Translations under genes and position numbers: made by a program | IMG/VR virus record: IMGVR_UViG_3300037801_000099 | Span: 1 to 51,371 of that record | Direction: 5' to 3' (one strand) | Length of the DNA: 51,371 nt | From: a virus | Taxonomy: Duplodnaviria; Caudoviricetes | The notes under the pieces: generated by a model | The model's input: only the letters and a program-made list of their open reading frames with translations | Told to the model about the DNA's origin: nothing | Databases searched by the model: none | Shown here: piece by piece, positions 9,027 through 18,167 of the stretch | Layout: each line of letters opens with the position of its first letter | Numbering within the stretch: position 1 is the stretch's first letter

Positions 9027-9215
9027 ATGCCACGTTTAGTACTAACAAGGAAATTAACGGAAAAAGTTGTCATCCATGATGACGACGGCGTTCTGGCGAG
9101 AGTTACAGTCTCAAAGGTTGACAGGAATCAGGTCCGATTAACATTCGAAGCGGACAACGAGATCAGGATAGATCGACAGGAAGTATTCGACAAAAACGCT
9201 AATCCTACTAAATAG
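9027..9215 (+). CDS. csrA: CsrA/RsmA-like RNA-binding translational regulator
   Basis: LVLTRK..E..I..VTV....NQVRL...A..EI.IDRQEV aligns with CsrA, including the Arg equivalent to R44. Confidence 0.85.
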   Translation: MPRLVLTRKLTEKVVIHDDDGVLARVTVSKVDRNQVRLTFEADNEIRIDRQEVFDKNANPTK

Positions 9216-9216
9216 A

Positions 9217-9233
9217 TATTAGTTATGCTAATA
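9217..9233. promoter_or_regulatory. 17-bp palindromic operator TATTAG-TTATG-CTAATA
   Basis: Perfect consensus; intergenic, upstream of the primase gene. Confidence 0.85.
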
Positions 9234-9255
9234 TCATTGCTCTGTAGGAGGAGCC

Positions 9256-11754
9256 ATGCAACTTACCTTTTTAGAAGCCGCCAATGGACAGCGGCTAAGT
9301 AAGCGACACTGTCCAAAAAATGGGTTCACACCCTACCCCCACGTAAAAAACGTTACATCTCACGAGCACACAGTACCGACCGGTAACACTGGGCTCGCAA
9401 TGCTAGAGAAACTGATCCGAGATCATGGAGAGCAAGGCCACTGCCTGCTCAAAGGTAATCTCAAACGACCAATACAGAACGAATCACGTGCTGGGAAGAC
9501 CGATCGTATTGGTTATTCCAACCTACTCGTCTTAGATATTGACGGGATAACTATCCCGAATCACACAAACCCCAAGACATTTACTGACAAAGATGTCAGC
9601 ACGCTCGCAAAAGCAGTGATGCGCGAACTACCTGCAGCGGTACAAGACTGCAGTTTCATCGCACAGGCTTCATCGAGTCTTGGTCTCAAAGGTGACAAGG
9701 TATCGCTACACATATTTATTCTGCTAGAACATGCGATGCCTGCGAAGTCAGTCAAGCTGTGGCTACAGAACTGTAATTTTGAGTCTCAGCTGTTCTCGTC
9801 ACAGCTAGAACTGTCTAGTAACGGGCACTCTCTCAAGTACCCGCTCGACACAAGCGTAGCTGACAACTCAAAGCTGATCTTCATTGCCCCTCCTACCTTT
9901 GAAGATGGAGCCCACGATCCGTTCAGTTCCCTTGCTGAGCGGATCGTGCGTGTTTCCGGTATTACGGAGACTCTTGATCTAGCAGCACTCATGGGTGATA
10001 TCAGCCCAGAGGTTGTTTATCAAAAAAGCAATGAACACAAAAACAAGCTACGCACACAGCGTGGCTTCAAAGCAAAGAAAGAACGCCTAACGATTGCCAC
10101 GGTCGACAATAAGTCAGAAGAGATCCTGACTAATCCAGACCGCATGTCGATCGCAATAGCAGACGATACGAACCCACCGTACATTCGGTGCAACGTCAAC
10201 GGCGGAGACAGCAACGCGTACTACTTCAAGCTCGAAGACCCGACGTACATGTTCAACTTCAAAGGCGAACCCATCTGGTCCATCGAGCAAGCAGACCCTG
10301 ACTTCTATCGGTCACTGTTTGATGTGTACCAAGAAGAAATGGAGAAAGAAGGTCGAGCTAACTTCCCTGTAGCCATGCGTGACTTCTATACAGACACGTA
10401 CTACAACGGAGTATTCGACCCTAATCTTAACCAGTTCAGCGACGAATTCCCGCTAATGCCTTGCTCATCAGCAAGCATCGAGGGATTCATGAGATCACAC
10501 GGTCGTAGCAAACCTGACTACGTACCCGACGCACAAGTCGTCTTTGATCCAGCGTCTAACGACGACGCAATCAACCTGACAAAAGTGCCGTACAAGATAA
10601 ACATGTTCCGCAAGACAGAGTACATGCTGTCGAACCGTGAGCACGAACCGCTAAGCATGGGTGATGCAGCTAAGATCGCTGACTCATGTCCACTGATCTA
10701 CAAGTTGATGACTCACATCTTGGGAGGATCGGCTCTCGAGGTCGAGCACTTCACCAACTGGTTGGCGTACATCTTCCAAACCAAGAAAAAAGCAATGACT
10801 GCATGGGTACTGCAGGGCGTACCAGGGACCGGTAAAGGCATCTTCTACACCAAAGTACTCAGACCACTCTTCGGTAATGAACATGTACCAATGCGTGCAC
10901 TGCAGAATATCGAAGAGCAGTTCAACCTATATATGCGACAGGCGCTTTTCCTCGTGGTTGATGAGTTTCACATGGCTTCAGCCAACTCAGGCACGATGAA
11001 AATCGCTGACAAACTCAAGAACGCTATCACGGAAAACACAATGACTATCCGTGCCATGCGTTCTAATCAGGTTGAAATGCCTAACTACACCAACTTCATC
11101 TTCCTGACTAACAGAATGGATGCAGTAAAAATTGAAGAAGGCGACCGTCGATACAACATAGCTCCTCGCCAAGAGCAGAAGCTCGAGCATGTATATCCAG
11201 AGGTGATCGACGGTATAGATGACATCAGCTCAGAGCTACACAAGTTCGCTGCCCTACTTCGCGCATACAAAGTGAACAAGCAGCTTGTACGTACGCCAAT
11301 TGCAAACAACGCGAAAGCTCAGATGGCTCAAGTCACTATGTCTGTAATGGAAGAGTTCTTTGCCGCAGTAAGACACGGCAACTTACAGTTCTTTACAGAC
11401 ATTCTCGACATCAGCCTGACAAACGTATTGCAGGGCCAAGAGATCACCACCGCACAACGATTTGTTAAACAGTGGATAGCAGAGTCTCAATGGCCGCACT
11501 CAGTTATACCAATGGAAAACCTACGAGTTGTATACGGTGTACTGACTGATGACCGTTTGTCTCAACGTGAGTTCCAAAAGAGAGCGGCACGATGTGGCAT
11601 CAGTAAAGAACGGAAACGCGAATACAACGCCCCGCGATCTGCTAACCCAACGCGCGGAGTAGTCGTAAGCTGGAAATTAGAATCTGAACAATTAAAAGAA
11701 GTTACTGATAAGTACTTCGATGACAAGGATCGCAAGTTACTTGCTGTTAAGTAG
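9256..11754 (+). CDS. Primase-polymerase (AEP-like) fused to DUF5906/SF3-type helicase
   Basis: N-terminal LDIDG and SLHIF motifs; Walker A GVPGTGKG, Walker B VVDE, FLTN, DRRY. Confidence 0.88.
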   Translation: MQLTFLEAANGQRLSKRHCPKNGFTPYPHVKNVTSHEHTVPTGNTGLAMLEKLIRDHGEQGHCLLKGNLKRPIQNESRAGKTDRIGYSNLLVLDIDGITIPNHTNPKTFTDKDVSTLAKAVMRELPAAVQDCSFIAQASSSLGLKGDKVSLHIFILLEHAMPAKSVKLWLQNCNFESQLFSSQLELSSNGHSLKYPLDTSVADNSKLIFIAPPTFEDGAHDPFSSLAERIVRVSGITETLDLAALMGDISPEVVYQKSNEHKNKLRTQRGFKAKKERLTIATVDNKSEEILTNPDRMSIAIADDTNPPYIRCNVNGGDSNAYYFKLEDPTYMFNFKGEPIWSIEQADPDFYRSLFDVYQEEMEKEGRANFPVAMRDFYTDTYYNGVFDPNLNQFSDEFPLMPCSSASIEGFMRSHGRSKPDYVPDAQVVFDPASNDDAINLTKVPYKINMFRKTEYMLSNREHEPLSMGDAAKIADSCPLIYKLMTHILGGSALEVEHFTNWLAYIFQTKKKAMTAWVLQGVPGTGKGIFYTKVLRPLFGNEHVPMRALQNIEEQFNLYMRQALFLVVDEFHMASANSGTMKIADKLKNAITENTMTIRAMRSNQVEMPNYTNFIFLTNRMDAVKIEEGDRRYNIAPRQEQKLEHVYPEVIDGIDDISSELHKFAALLRAYKVNKQLVRTPIANNAKAQMAQVTMSVMEEFFAAVRHGNLQFFTDILDISLTNVLQGQEITTAQRFVKQWIAESQWPHSVIPMENLRVVYGVLTDDRLSQREFQKRAARCGISKERKREYNAPRSANPTRGVVVSWKLESEQLKEVTDKYFDDKDRKLLAVK

Positions 11755-11757
11755 ATA

Positions 11758-11774
11758 TATTAGTTATACTAATA
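11758..11774. promoter_or_regulatory. 17-bp operator TATTAG-TTATA-CTAATA
   Basis: Perfect consensus; intergenic. Confidence 0.85.
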
Positions 11775-11802
11775 GTTCTACATATTACTACTAGGAAAGT
11801 AA

Positions 11803-12552
11803 ATGATTAAGTTGACTCAGGACACGAGACCAGACGACGTAGTTGATTTCGAGAAACCCGAGGAGTTAGGCGATGTCAGAGCTTGGAGTTATTCAGCACT
11901 TAAAGTCTATGAAGAATGCCCTTACCGGACATATATCAGCCGTGTCAAAGGCGTCAAAGAACCTAGTGGACCAGCTGCAGACCGCGGTACGCAAATCCAT
12001 CAGTACGCTGAAGACTACGTCAACGGAACTATGGGAGAGATGGCTAACGAGCTGGAACGCTTTAAAGACGAATTTGAAACGCTTCGTCAGCTCTACACCG
12101 AAGCAAAAGTAGAACTCGAAGGCGAATGGGGTTTCGATCTCGACTGGCAATCAGTCGGTTGGATGCAGAAAGAAACCTGGGCGCGCATCAAGCTCGACGC
12201 CCTAGTCCACGAAGACGAGCAATCAGCTCGAGTCATTGATTACAAAACAGGCAAGAAGTGGGGTAACGAGATATCCCACGGGCAACAAGGTTTGCTCTAC
12301 GCCATTGGCACTTTCTTTAGATACCCCGCTCTGCAGTTTGTACAGGTTGAGTTCTGGTATCTCGATAAAGGTGAGACCACAAAGAAAACATATACGCGAG
12401 ACCAAGCGATGGTCTTCGCACCAGGTTTTCATCGACGCGCAATCAAGATGACAACCGAAACAGAATTTGCTCCGACACCCAGTAAAGACAGTTGTAGATG
12501 GTGTTCATTCCGTAAAGGCGATGAACCTGAATGCACGTGGGGTGTTAGCTAA
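11803..12552 (+). CDS. Cas4-like PD-(D/E)XK exonuclease
   Basis: WSYS..ECP, GTQIH, IDYKTG, C-terminal CRWC....C (Fe-S ligands). Confidence 0.9.
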   Translation: MIKLTQDTRPDDVVDFEKPEELGDVRAWSYSALKVYEECPYRTYISRVKGVKEPSGPAADRGTQIHQYAEDYVNGTMGEMANELERFKDEFETLRQLYTEAKVELEGEWGFDLDWQSVGWMQKETWARIKLDALVHEDEQSARVIDYKTGKKWGNEISHGQQGLLYAIGTFFRYPALQFVQVEFWYLDKGETTKKTYTRDQAMVFAPGFHRRAIKMTTETEFAPTPSKDSCRWCSFRKGDEPECTWGVS

Positions 12553-12586
12553 CCGACTTATTTCTCCTCCCCTAGAAGTAAGCCTT

Positions 12587-12623
12587 GCCCCACTAAGGTC
12601 ACTCCCCTTAGTGGGGCTTTTTT
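12587..12623 (+). terminator. Intrinsic terminator
   Basis: GCCCCACTAAGG-loop-CCTTAGTGGGGC followed by a T run. Confidence 0.92.
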
Positions 12624-12675
12624 ATTCCCGATCGGAATTCAACTGATCCTCATGAATGATGAAGAGAGAAACCCT

Positions 12676-12831
12676 ATGAAAAACCTATTGATACGTTTTG
12701 GCTACGCAATCGCAGTAGCCGCTTTACTAACCGTAATCGCGCAGATGCTGGCAGTCGGCTTGTACGTATTTGTACTAGTCGCTGTCGTCTGCACTGTCGC
12801 GTATTTCCATCTAAGGACCAAAGATAAATGA
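12676..12831 (+). CDS. Small two-TM membrane protein (51 aa, MKNLLIRFGYAIAV...)
   Basis: Read by hand; GAGAG RBS; almost entirely hydrophobic. Confidence 0.65.
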   Translation: MKNLLIRFGYAIAVAALLTVIAQMLAVGLYVFVLVAVVCTVAYFHLRTKDK

Positions 12832-12950
12832 CGTTATTTGCACTACTAAACGCTGTCGAAATTTTTCTAATCGCACTTACATTAATTGGAGTTATATATG
12901 ATTTTAGCCGGTCTTCTGTCAGCAGCAGGTCTCCTGTTCCTGATATTTAA
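12828..12950 (+). CDS. Small membrane peptide (40 aa, MTLFALLNAVEIF...)
   Basis: Read by hand; AAGGA RBS and ATGA coupling. Confidence 0.5.
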   Translation: MTLFALLNAVEIFLIALTLIGVIYDFSRSSVSSRSPVPDI

Positions 12951-13191
12951 GTTCGGTATTCGCCGAGCTATCTCATTCGATATCCCAATCGATATCGCAT
13001 GCACTGGCCTCCTGATGTTCCTGTTCGCAGGAACATTCGCTGGCATGTTTGCAGCGATGATTGGCGGTCTCGTTATCTCAATCACTTTGTTTGTCATGAA
13101 GAAAACCATGACCCGCGAAGAACTTATGTATATCAAAACCAAACGATTTCCCTACCGCGCGTTCCGGTGGGTGGAGGTAGATCCATCATGA
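12898..13191 (+). CDS. Membrane protein (about 3 TM)
   Basis: GGAG RBS before ATG 12898; hydrophobic helices. Confidence 0.8.
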   Translation: MILAGLLSAAGLLFLIFKFGIRRAISFDIPIDIACTGLLMFLFAGTFAGMFAAMIGGLVISITLFVMKKTMTREELMYIKTKRFPYRAFRWVEVDPS

Positions 13192-13337
13192 TCCAGATCC
13201 TTGAGTACTTAGCTGCAGGCGGCGTGCTAGCGCTGTTCGCTTTACTAACTTACGGCGGCTACCTCATCGCTAAAGATGAAGAGCAACGTTACCGAGATCG
13301 CCGAAATGGGAGAAAAAACAATGAAAGAGATAAGTGA
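13188..13337 (+). CDS. Small single-TM protein (49 aa, MIQILEYLAAGG...)
   Basis: GGAGG RBS, ATGA coupling. Confidence 0.65.
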   Translation: MIQILEYLAAGGVLALFALLTYGGYLIAKDEEQRYRDRRNGRKNNERDK

Positions 13338-13503
13338 AAAACACGAAGCCCGCACATACGGGCAGCGTATCCGTTTTCAAATTGAATACATGCACACGAT
13401 GCTGGCCTCGGGCCGTGAGATCGAAGCACTAACCGCGATCAACAAGGCACTGGATCTAGCAGACGAGGTGCATGAACTGGAGAAAGCGAATGACAAATTA
13501 TAA
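13321..13503 (+). CDS. Hypothetical protein
   Basis: GGAG RBS before ATG 13321. Confidence 0.65.
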   Translation: MKEISEKHEARTYGQRIRFQIEYMHTMLASGREIEALTAINKALDLADEVHELEKANDKL

Positions 13504-13535
13504 AGACCTGCTTTGTGGCCACCTAAAGGAGATGT

Positions 13536-13841
13536 TTGACGATGCACATGTACTACAAACGCGACGGGAGCAAAGTCGAATACAAGCTCGTCACAGATCC
13601 AACAGAGGCGACAGTGTGGAGTACACACCGTTTAAAGAAGTCCGAGATCAAGATCATGACGAAATGCGATCGGACGACAGCCGCTGAACTACGACAGGAG
13701 ATCCTCGATGACATCCTTAGCCGTGAACCAAATCCAAGCAAAAAATCTGCATCTCCCGCAGACGAGATATCTAAAAGGCGTAAAGGCCCCGCACAGCAAC
13801 ATGTTGAAGCGCGGCAAACAAAACGCAAAGCTAGGCGATAA
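13536..13841 (+). CDS. Hypothetical protein (start uncertain)
   Basis: AAGGAG RBS; ORF in track. Confidence 0.6.
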   Translation: MTMHMYYKRDGSKVEYKLVTDPTEATVWSTHRLKKSEIKIMTKCDRTTAAELRQEILDDILSREPNPSKKSASPADEISKRRKGPAQQHVEARQTKRKARR

Positions 13842-14403
13842 AGTTACTGTAAAGATGTGGAAGGGCATGACCATGTATTCGCTTTCCCTCGAAGAGCGTG
13901 CCACCTGCCCTACTGATTGTCAGCAGTGGAATAATTGCTATGGCAACAACATGCCGTTCGCTCACCGGTTTGACCACACCGATCCGTCGTTCTTGCCAAT
14001 GCTGGAGCTGCAACTAGACGAGCTTAGTCGCAAACATCCTGATGGTTTTGTTGTACGTCTACATGTACTCGGCGATTTCTACAGCGGGTTGTACATTACA
14101 CAGTGGCAGCTGTACCTGCATAAGTTTGAGAACCTGCGCGTGTTTGGTTACACGCACCACAAACCAGACTCTCAGCTGGGTAACATGATTAACAACGTCA
14201 ATAGGATCTACCCAGACCGCTTCCGTGTACGGTTCAGCGATGATGACTCAACACCCTTCAATGCGCATGTAGTTAAAACAATTGAAGAAGCGCTAGCAAG
14301 ACCAGGGATTGTCTGCCCCGAACAAAGCAATTTCACAGACAGCTGTGCTACCTGCGGCTACTGCTGGACCAGCCAAGACCCTGTTCTTTTCTATGAACAT
14401 TAA
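13801..14403 (+). CDS. GP88-like Cys-rich (radical-SAM-like) protein
   Basis: TCP..C....CY, RLHVLGDF, GYT and C-terminal CP......C..C..C; start may lie up to 13708. Confidence 0.78.
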   Translation: MLKRGKQNAKLGDKVTVKMWKGMTMYSLSLEERATCPTDCQQWNNCYGNNMPFAHRFDHTDPSFLPMLELQLDELSRKHPDGFVVRLHVLGDFYSGLYITQWQLYLHKFENLRVFGYTHHKPDSQLGNMINNVNRIYPDRFRVRFSDDDSTPFNAHVVKTIEEALARPGIVCPEQSNFTDSCATCGYCWTSQDPVLFYEH

Positions 14404-14420
14404 TATTAGTAAGGCTAATA
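14404..14420. promoter_or_regulatory. 17-bp operator TATTAG-TAAGG-CTAATA
   Basis: Perfect consensus; intergenic. Confidence 0.85.
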
Positions 14421-14421
14421 C

Positions 14422-14595
14422 ATGAAGCTAACAAAACGTGAGTTACTGCAATTCACGCCCAAGAAAATCAAAACGTCAGGCCACTACGGGTTTCCGGAAG
14501 ACGACCGAACTGCGTACTGCAAATGCGAACCTCAGTACCGGATAGGTGAATGGCCCAACAACTGTAGAAGCTGCGGACGAAGAATCCGTATTTGA
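14422..14595 (+). CDS. Small zinc-ribbon-like protein (57 aa; CKC...CRSC)
   Basis: Read by hand; fills the gap between two operators. Confidence 0.6.
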   Translation: MKLTKRELLQFTPKKIKTSGHYGFPEDDRTAYCKCEPQYRIGEWPNNCRSCGRRIRI

Positions 14596-14620
14596 ACCAC
14601 ATTATTAGCTGTGCTAATAT
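14592..14620 (+). promoter_or_regulatory. Sigma70 promoter TTGAAC-N17-TAATAT containing operator TATTAG-CTGTG-CTAATA (14603-14619)
   Basis: 17-bp spacer; perfect operator over spacer and -10. Confidence 0.82.
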
Positions 14621-14639
14621 TGCAAACCATCAAAGAGTG

Positions 14640-15983
14640 ATGCCTATGTACGAACCATTCGAACATCAAAAAGTCACGACTGACTTTATTAAGAACCACC
14701 CTCGATGTCTTATTACGTCCGATCCAGGTACCGGTAAAACACGCTCCGTACTAGACGCGATCGTGAACCGCGGTACACGAACCTTGGTCCTCGCACCGCT
14801 GTCCATCTTGGAAGCCTCATGGGGCGACGACATCGATAAGTTCCAACCCGATCTAACGTACGCCGTTGCGTACGCAAAGAATCGTGAGAAAGCGTTTACG
14901 GAATCAAACGCAGACGTTGTGATTACCAATCACGATGCAGTGAAGTGGATTGCCAAGAACTACCACGTGCTTTGTGGTTTCGACACGCTCGTTATTGACG
15001 AGTTCACTGCATTCAAAAACAAAGACAGCCAGCGTAGCAAAGCGTGCCGCAAAATCGCTGAAGCGTTTACACACCGCATTGCCATGTCTGGTACACCTAA
15101 TAGCAACGGCATATTAGATGTCTGGCATCCAACGCTCATCATTGATGACGGTGAACGCCTAGGCCATCGCTTCTACAGCTTCCGTTCTTCTGTGTGTACT
15201 CCCCGTTTCAACGGGTTTGCAAACGAGTGGGTACAGAAGAACGATGCTGAAGAAGTCGTAGCTGCGGCGTTGAGTGACATCAACATTCGTTACGAGCTCA
15301 CCGAATGTATCGACATGCCCGAGCAAAGCGTGCAGACCATGTACGTAACTCTACCCAAGAAGATCATGTCCCAGTACGAAGCACTCAGCGAAGACTCAGT
15401 GCTATACACCGGACAAGCGACGATCAATGCGGTCCATGCGGGCAGCAAGGTTAAGAAGCTGCTTCAGCTATGTACTGGTGCTGTGTATGACGAGCACGGT
15501 GAAACACAGCAGATACACAAAGATCGTTACGACCTAGTAATGCAGCTAGCAGCTGAGCGCGCACAGTCACTCGTTGCGTTCAACTGGAAGCACGAACAGC
15601 GCTACATGGCTGAGCTAGCAGACAAGTTAGGTATCAAACACGCGACCATTGACGGCAGTACAGCCGCACACAAACGCAAAGAGATTGTAGACAGGTTACA
15701 AGCAGGCCAGCTGCAGGTGGTGTTCTGTCACCCCCAATCAGCAGGACACGGCCTAACCATGACTAAAGCAAAGACAGTCATATGGGCGTCACCGACATAC
15801 AACGCAGAACATTATCAGCAGTTCAATCGACGCATCTATCGCGCAGGTCAAACAGAAAAGACCGAAGTGATTCAGATTGCCGCACGCGGCACGTGGGAGA
15901 CCGACGTGTACGAGAAGTTGCAGGGCAAAGTCGACCGTATGGACGAGCTACTCGGAATTCTAAACAAACTAAAAGCAGCCTAA
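14640..15983 (+). CDS. SNF2-like superfamily 2 helicase
   Basis: DPGTGKT, VIDE, SGTP, SAGHGLT, QFNRRIYRAGQ; start 14640 or 14646 rather than TTG 14592. Confidence 0.93.
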   Translation: MPMYEPFEHQKVTTDFIKNHPRCLITSDPGTGKTRSVLDAIVNRGTRTLVLAPLSILEASWGDDIDKFQPDLTYAVAYAKNREKAFTESNADVVITNHDAVKWIAKNYHVLCGFDTLVIDEFTAFKNKDSQRSKACRKIAEAFTHRIAMSGTPNSNGILDVWHPTLIIDDGERLGHRFYSFRSSVCTPRFNGFANEWVQKNDAEEVVAAALSDINIRYELTECIDMPEQSVQTMYVTLPKKIMSQYEALSEDSVLYTGQATINAVHAGSKVKKLLQLCTGAVYDEHGETQQIHKDRYDLVMQLAAERAQSLVAFNWKHEQRYMAELADKLGIKHATIDGSTAAHKRKEIVDRLQAGQLQVVFCHPQSAGHGLTMTKAKTVIWASPTYNAEHYQQFNRRIYRAGQTEKTEVIQIAARGTWETDVYEKLQGKVDRMDELLGILNKLKAA

Positions 15984-16007
15984 ACCCAAACGAAGAGTGA
16001 AAAAACT

Positions 16008-16373
16008 ATGAATATTAATGAACTAATCGAAGCAAGAGCCAAGGTTAAAGACGCTATGGCAGGTCTTAACGCTGAGCTCAAAGAGCTACGCAAGACGCAA
16101 GACGATCTTGACTACAAGCTCTTGACCGTATTGGACGAGCAGGGTTTGTCTCGCAGTGCGAATGACAAAGCCAGTGTGTCCATAAACAGCGACACAGTTC
16201 CTGATGTGACTGACTGGGATGCTCTGTATGAGCATATCAACAGCACTAAGGACTATTCGCTGTTGCAACGCCGTGTCTCATCGACTGCATACAAAGAGCT
16301 TCTGAAGCTCGGCGAAGATGTTCCTGGTCTGCAGCCGCGCGAGATCCGACGTATTAACTTTCGTTCCCTTTAA
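16008..16373 (+). CDS. Conserved phage replication-region protein
   Basis: Coiled-coil N-terminus; DWDALY..LLQRRVS..VPG pattern typical of polA-phage replication modules. Confidence 0.75.
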   Translation: MNINELIEARAKVKDAMAGLNAELKELRKTQDDLDYKLLTVLDEQGLSRSANDKASVSINSDTVPDVTDWDALYEHINSTKDYSLLQRRVSSTAYKELLKLGEDVPGLQPREIRRINFRSL

Positions 16374-16398
16374 ACATGAATCATGAAGAGTAACTATT

Positions 16399-17085
16399 AT
16401 GAGTAAAGCAGCAGTAGCAGTAGCATCAAACAACCTCGTAGCATCAACTGACAAATTACCAGCACACCTTGTAGGTATCGAAGGCGGCCGTGGTAACGAG
16501 AACGTTGGTCAAAACGTACAAATCCCACGCATTAAACTTCTCCAGAAGATGTCTAATGAAGTGGACAAGCACCACGCATCGTACGTTGAAGGTTGCGAAC
16601 CTGGCCATTTGGTCAACACTCTCACTAACCACAACTACGGTAACGACCTGTACTGCTTGAGCTTGACGTTCAAGACTGAGTTCGTCGTATGGCGTTCACT
16701 CGACGCTGGTGGTGGCTACGGCGGCGCATTCGCTTCACAAGCAGACGCACAAGCCTATGTCGATGCACAAGACAAGCCTAGTGAGTACGACATCAACGAG
16801 ACTCACGCACACGTGATCCTTGTCAAAAACCCTGAGACTGGTGAGCTAGAACGCTCCCCCGCCATCATGGACTTCGCTAGCTCCAAGCTACGTGTGTCCA
16901 AAGCATGGAACTCTCAGATCGGCATGAAAGGCGGTGATCGATTCGCGGGTCTATGGAAAGTATCTGGCGTACCAACCGAGAACAAGATGGGCAAAGCATT
17001 CATGAATTGCGAAGTCTCGTTTGTTGGTTGGGCTCAGGAAGAAGATTACAAGACCGCAGAGGGCTTGTACGAGCAGTACGCCTAG
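16399..17085 (+). CDS. Putative single-stranded DNA-binding protein
   Basis: IPRIKLLQKMS motif, beta-rich body, position in the replication module; function inferred. Confidence 0.55.
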   Translation: MSKAAVAVASNNLVASTDKLPAHLVGIEGGRGNENVGQNVQIPRIKLLQKMSNEVDKHHASYVEGCEPGHLVNTLTNHNYGNDLYCLSLTFKTEFVVWRSLDAGGGYGGAFASQADAQAYVDAQDKPSEYDINETHAHVILVKNPETGELERSPAIMDFASSKLRVSKAWNSQIGMKGGDRFAGLWKVSGVPTENKMGKAFMNCEVSFVGWAQEEDYKTAEGLYEQYA

Positions 17086-17169
17086 TAAGTCGCTAGACCA
17101 CTGCACTGGGGGGCCGGTGCAGTCCAAGACGGATTGATCCACCGTTGGTCGCAACGGATCACTTACTTT

Positions 17170-17592
17170 ATGAACGAGCACAGCTTTGTACGAAGCATAC
17201 ATAACGCTCTGTCACCCGATGTCTATAAGTGGAAAATCCACGATACATATACGGGAGGTGTACCCGACGCCATGTATGCGGGCCCTGCAGGTGTGCTCTT
17301 CGTAGAGTACAAGTACGTAAAGTCCCTACCAAAGAAAGACGACACCATAATTCGTCACTCCCTATCACCCCTTCAAGAACAATGGTTAACCCGCATGAGC
17401 CATTCGACATTAGTTGCACTAGTATTAGGATGCGAAGACAGCGCACTAATAATAGTTGATGACTTCTCAGCTAATATATGTAAATCTAAGTATGTAGAAC
17501 AAAGCATTCCACGGCGGCAGGTAGCCCAGTGGATCTACGATCAAACACACTCAGGAAGAGCACACAATGAAAAAAGCATCACAACTCCCTAA
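17170..17592 (+). CDS. VRR-NUC-like nuclease / resolvase
   Basis: MNE....GVPD........FVEYK....LSPLQ..W. Confidence 0.82.
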   Translation: MNEHSFVRSIHNALSPDVYKWKIHDTYTGGVPDAMYAGPAGVLFVEYKYVKSLPKKDDTIIRHSLSPLQEQWLTRMSHSTLVALVLGCEDSALIIVDDFSANICKSKYVEQSIPRRQVAQWIYDQTHSGRAHNEKSITTP

Positions 17593-18154
17593 GCCCGTGA
17601 GAAACCTGCGCCGCATTTGGGACAAGAAAAAAGCCGAGATGAACTTTACTCAGGTTCAAGCTGCAAAAGAGCTCGGCTGGTCACAAGGTGCAATATCTCA
17701 CTACCTCAACGCTATCACCGACCTTGGCCCACCAGCGGTCATTAAGCTGGCAAACTTTTTAGGTGTTGCACCTACGGATATAGATCCTGATGTTGTAAAG
17801 CATCTACCCAACGTACAAAGCTACAACGTCACTCGTACTGCAGCTGACTTAACAAAGGTGATAAACCGAACTGTGTACGTGACGCCAACCCCGTCAGAAA
17901 AAAATGTGGTTTGCCCAGCAGGAACGAAGATCTACGGAAATAGTGGTGAAACCGTATGGACAGACGAAATAGTACTGAGAACAACTGAAGTTAAAGACTC
18001 GCCTGATGCTTGTTACTTTTTAGTCGTAAAAAAGGGAGCAGTAAGAGCGCACTTTTACCACCGCGACGTGCTACCCCCTAGCAGTTCCATCAAGAAGATA
18101 CTAGCCATCGAAGGATGTTTTCATTTGACTCGTGGACACATGTTTGAGAAATAG
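17567..18154 (+). CDS. Lambda CI-like repressor (XRE HTH)
   Basis: LRRIWDKKKAEMNFTQVQAAKELGWSQGAISHYLN parallels the lambda CI N-domain ([35 protein letters not shown]). Confidence 0.85.
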   Translation: MKKASQLPKPVRNLRRIWDKKKAEMNFTQVQAAKELGWSQGAISHYLNAITDLGPPAVIKLANFLGVAPTDIDPDVVKHLPNVQSYNVTRTAADLTKVINRTVYVTPTPSEKNVVCPAGTKIYGNSGETVWTDEIVLRTTEVKDSPDACYFLVVKKGAVRAHFYHRDVLPPSSSIKKILAIEGCFHLTRGHMFEK

Positions 18155-18167
18155 CTCTGCATGTCAT

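Noticed and set aside
11803-12552. CRISPR-Cas system suggested by the Cas4-like gene
   Set aside because: No repeat-spacer array or other cas genes; Cas4-like nucleases are common in phage replication modules
14592-14639. TTG start of the helicase at 14592
   Set aside because: This stretch is the promoter/operator; ATG 14640 or 14646 is more plausible
17100-17122. Hairpin ACTGCACTGG-GGG-CCGGTGCAGT after the SSB-like gene as a terminator
   Set aside because: No U-tract; may be an mRNA-stabilising stem but cannot be called
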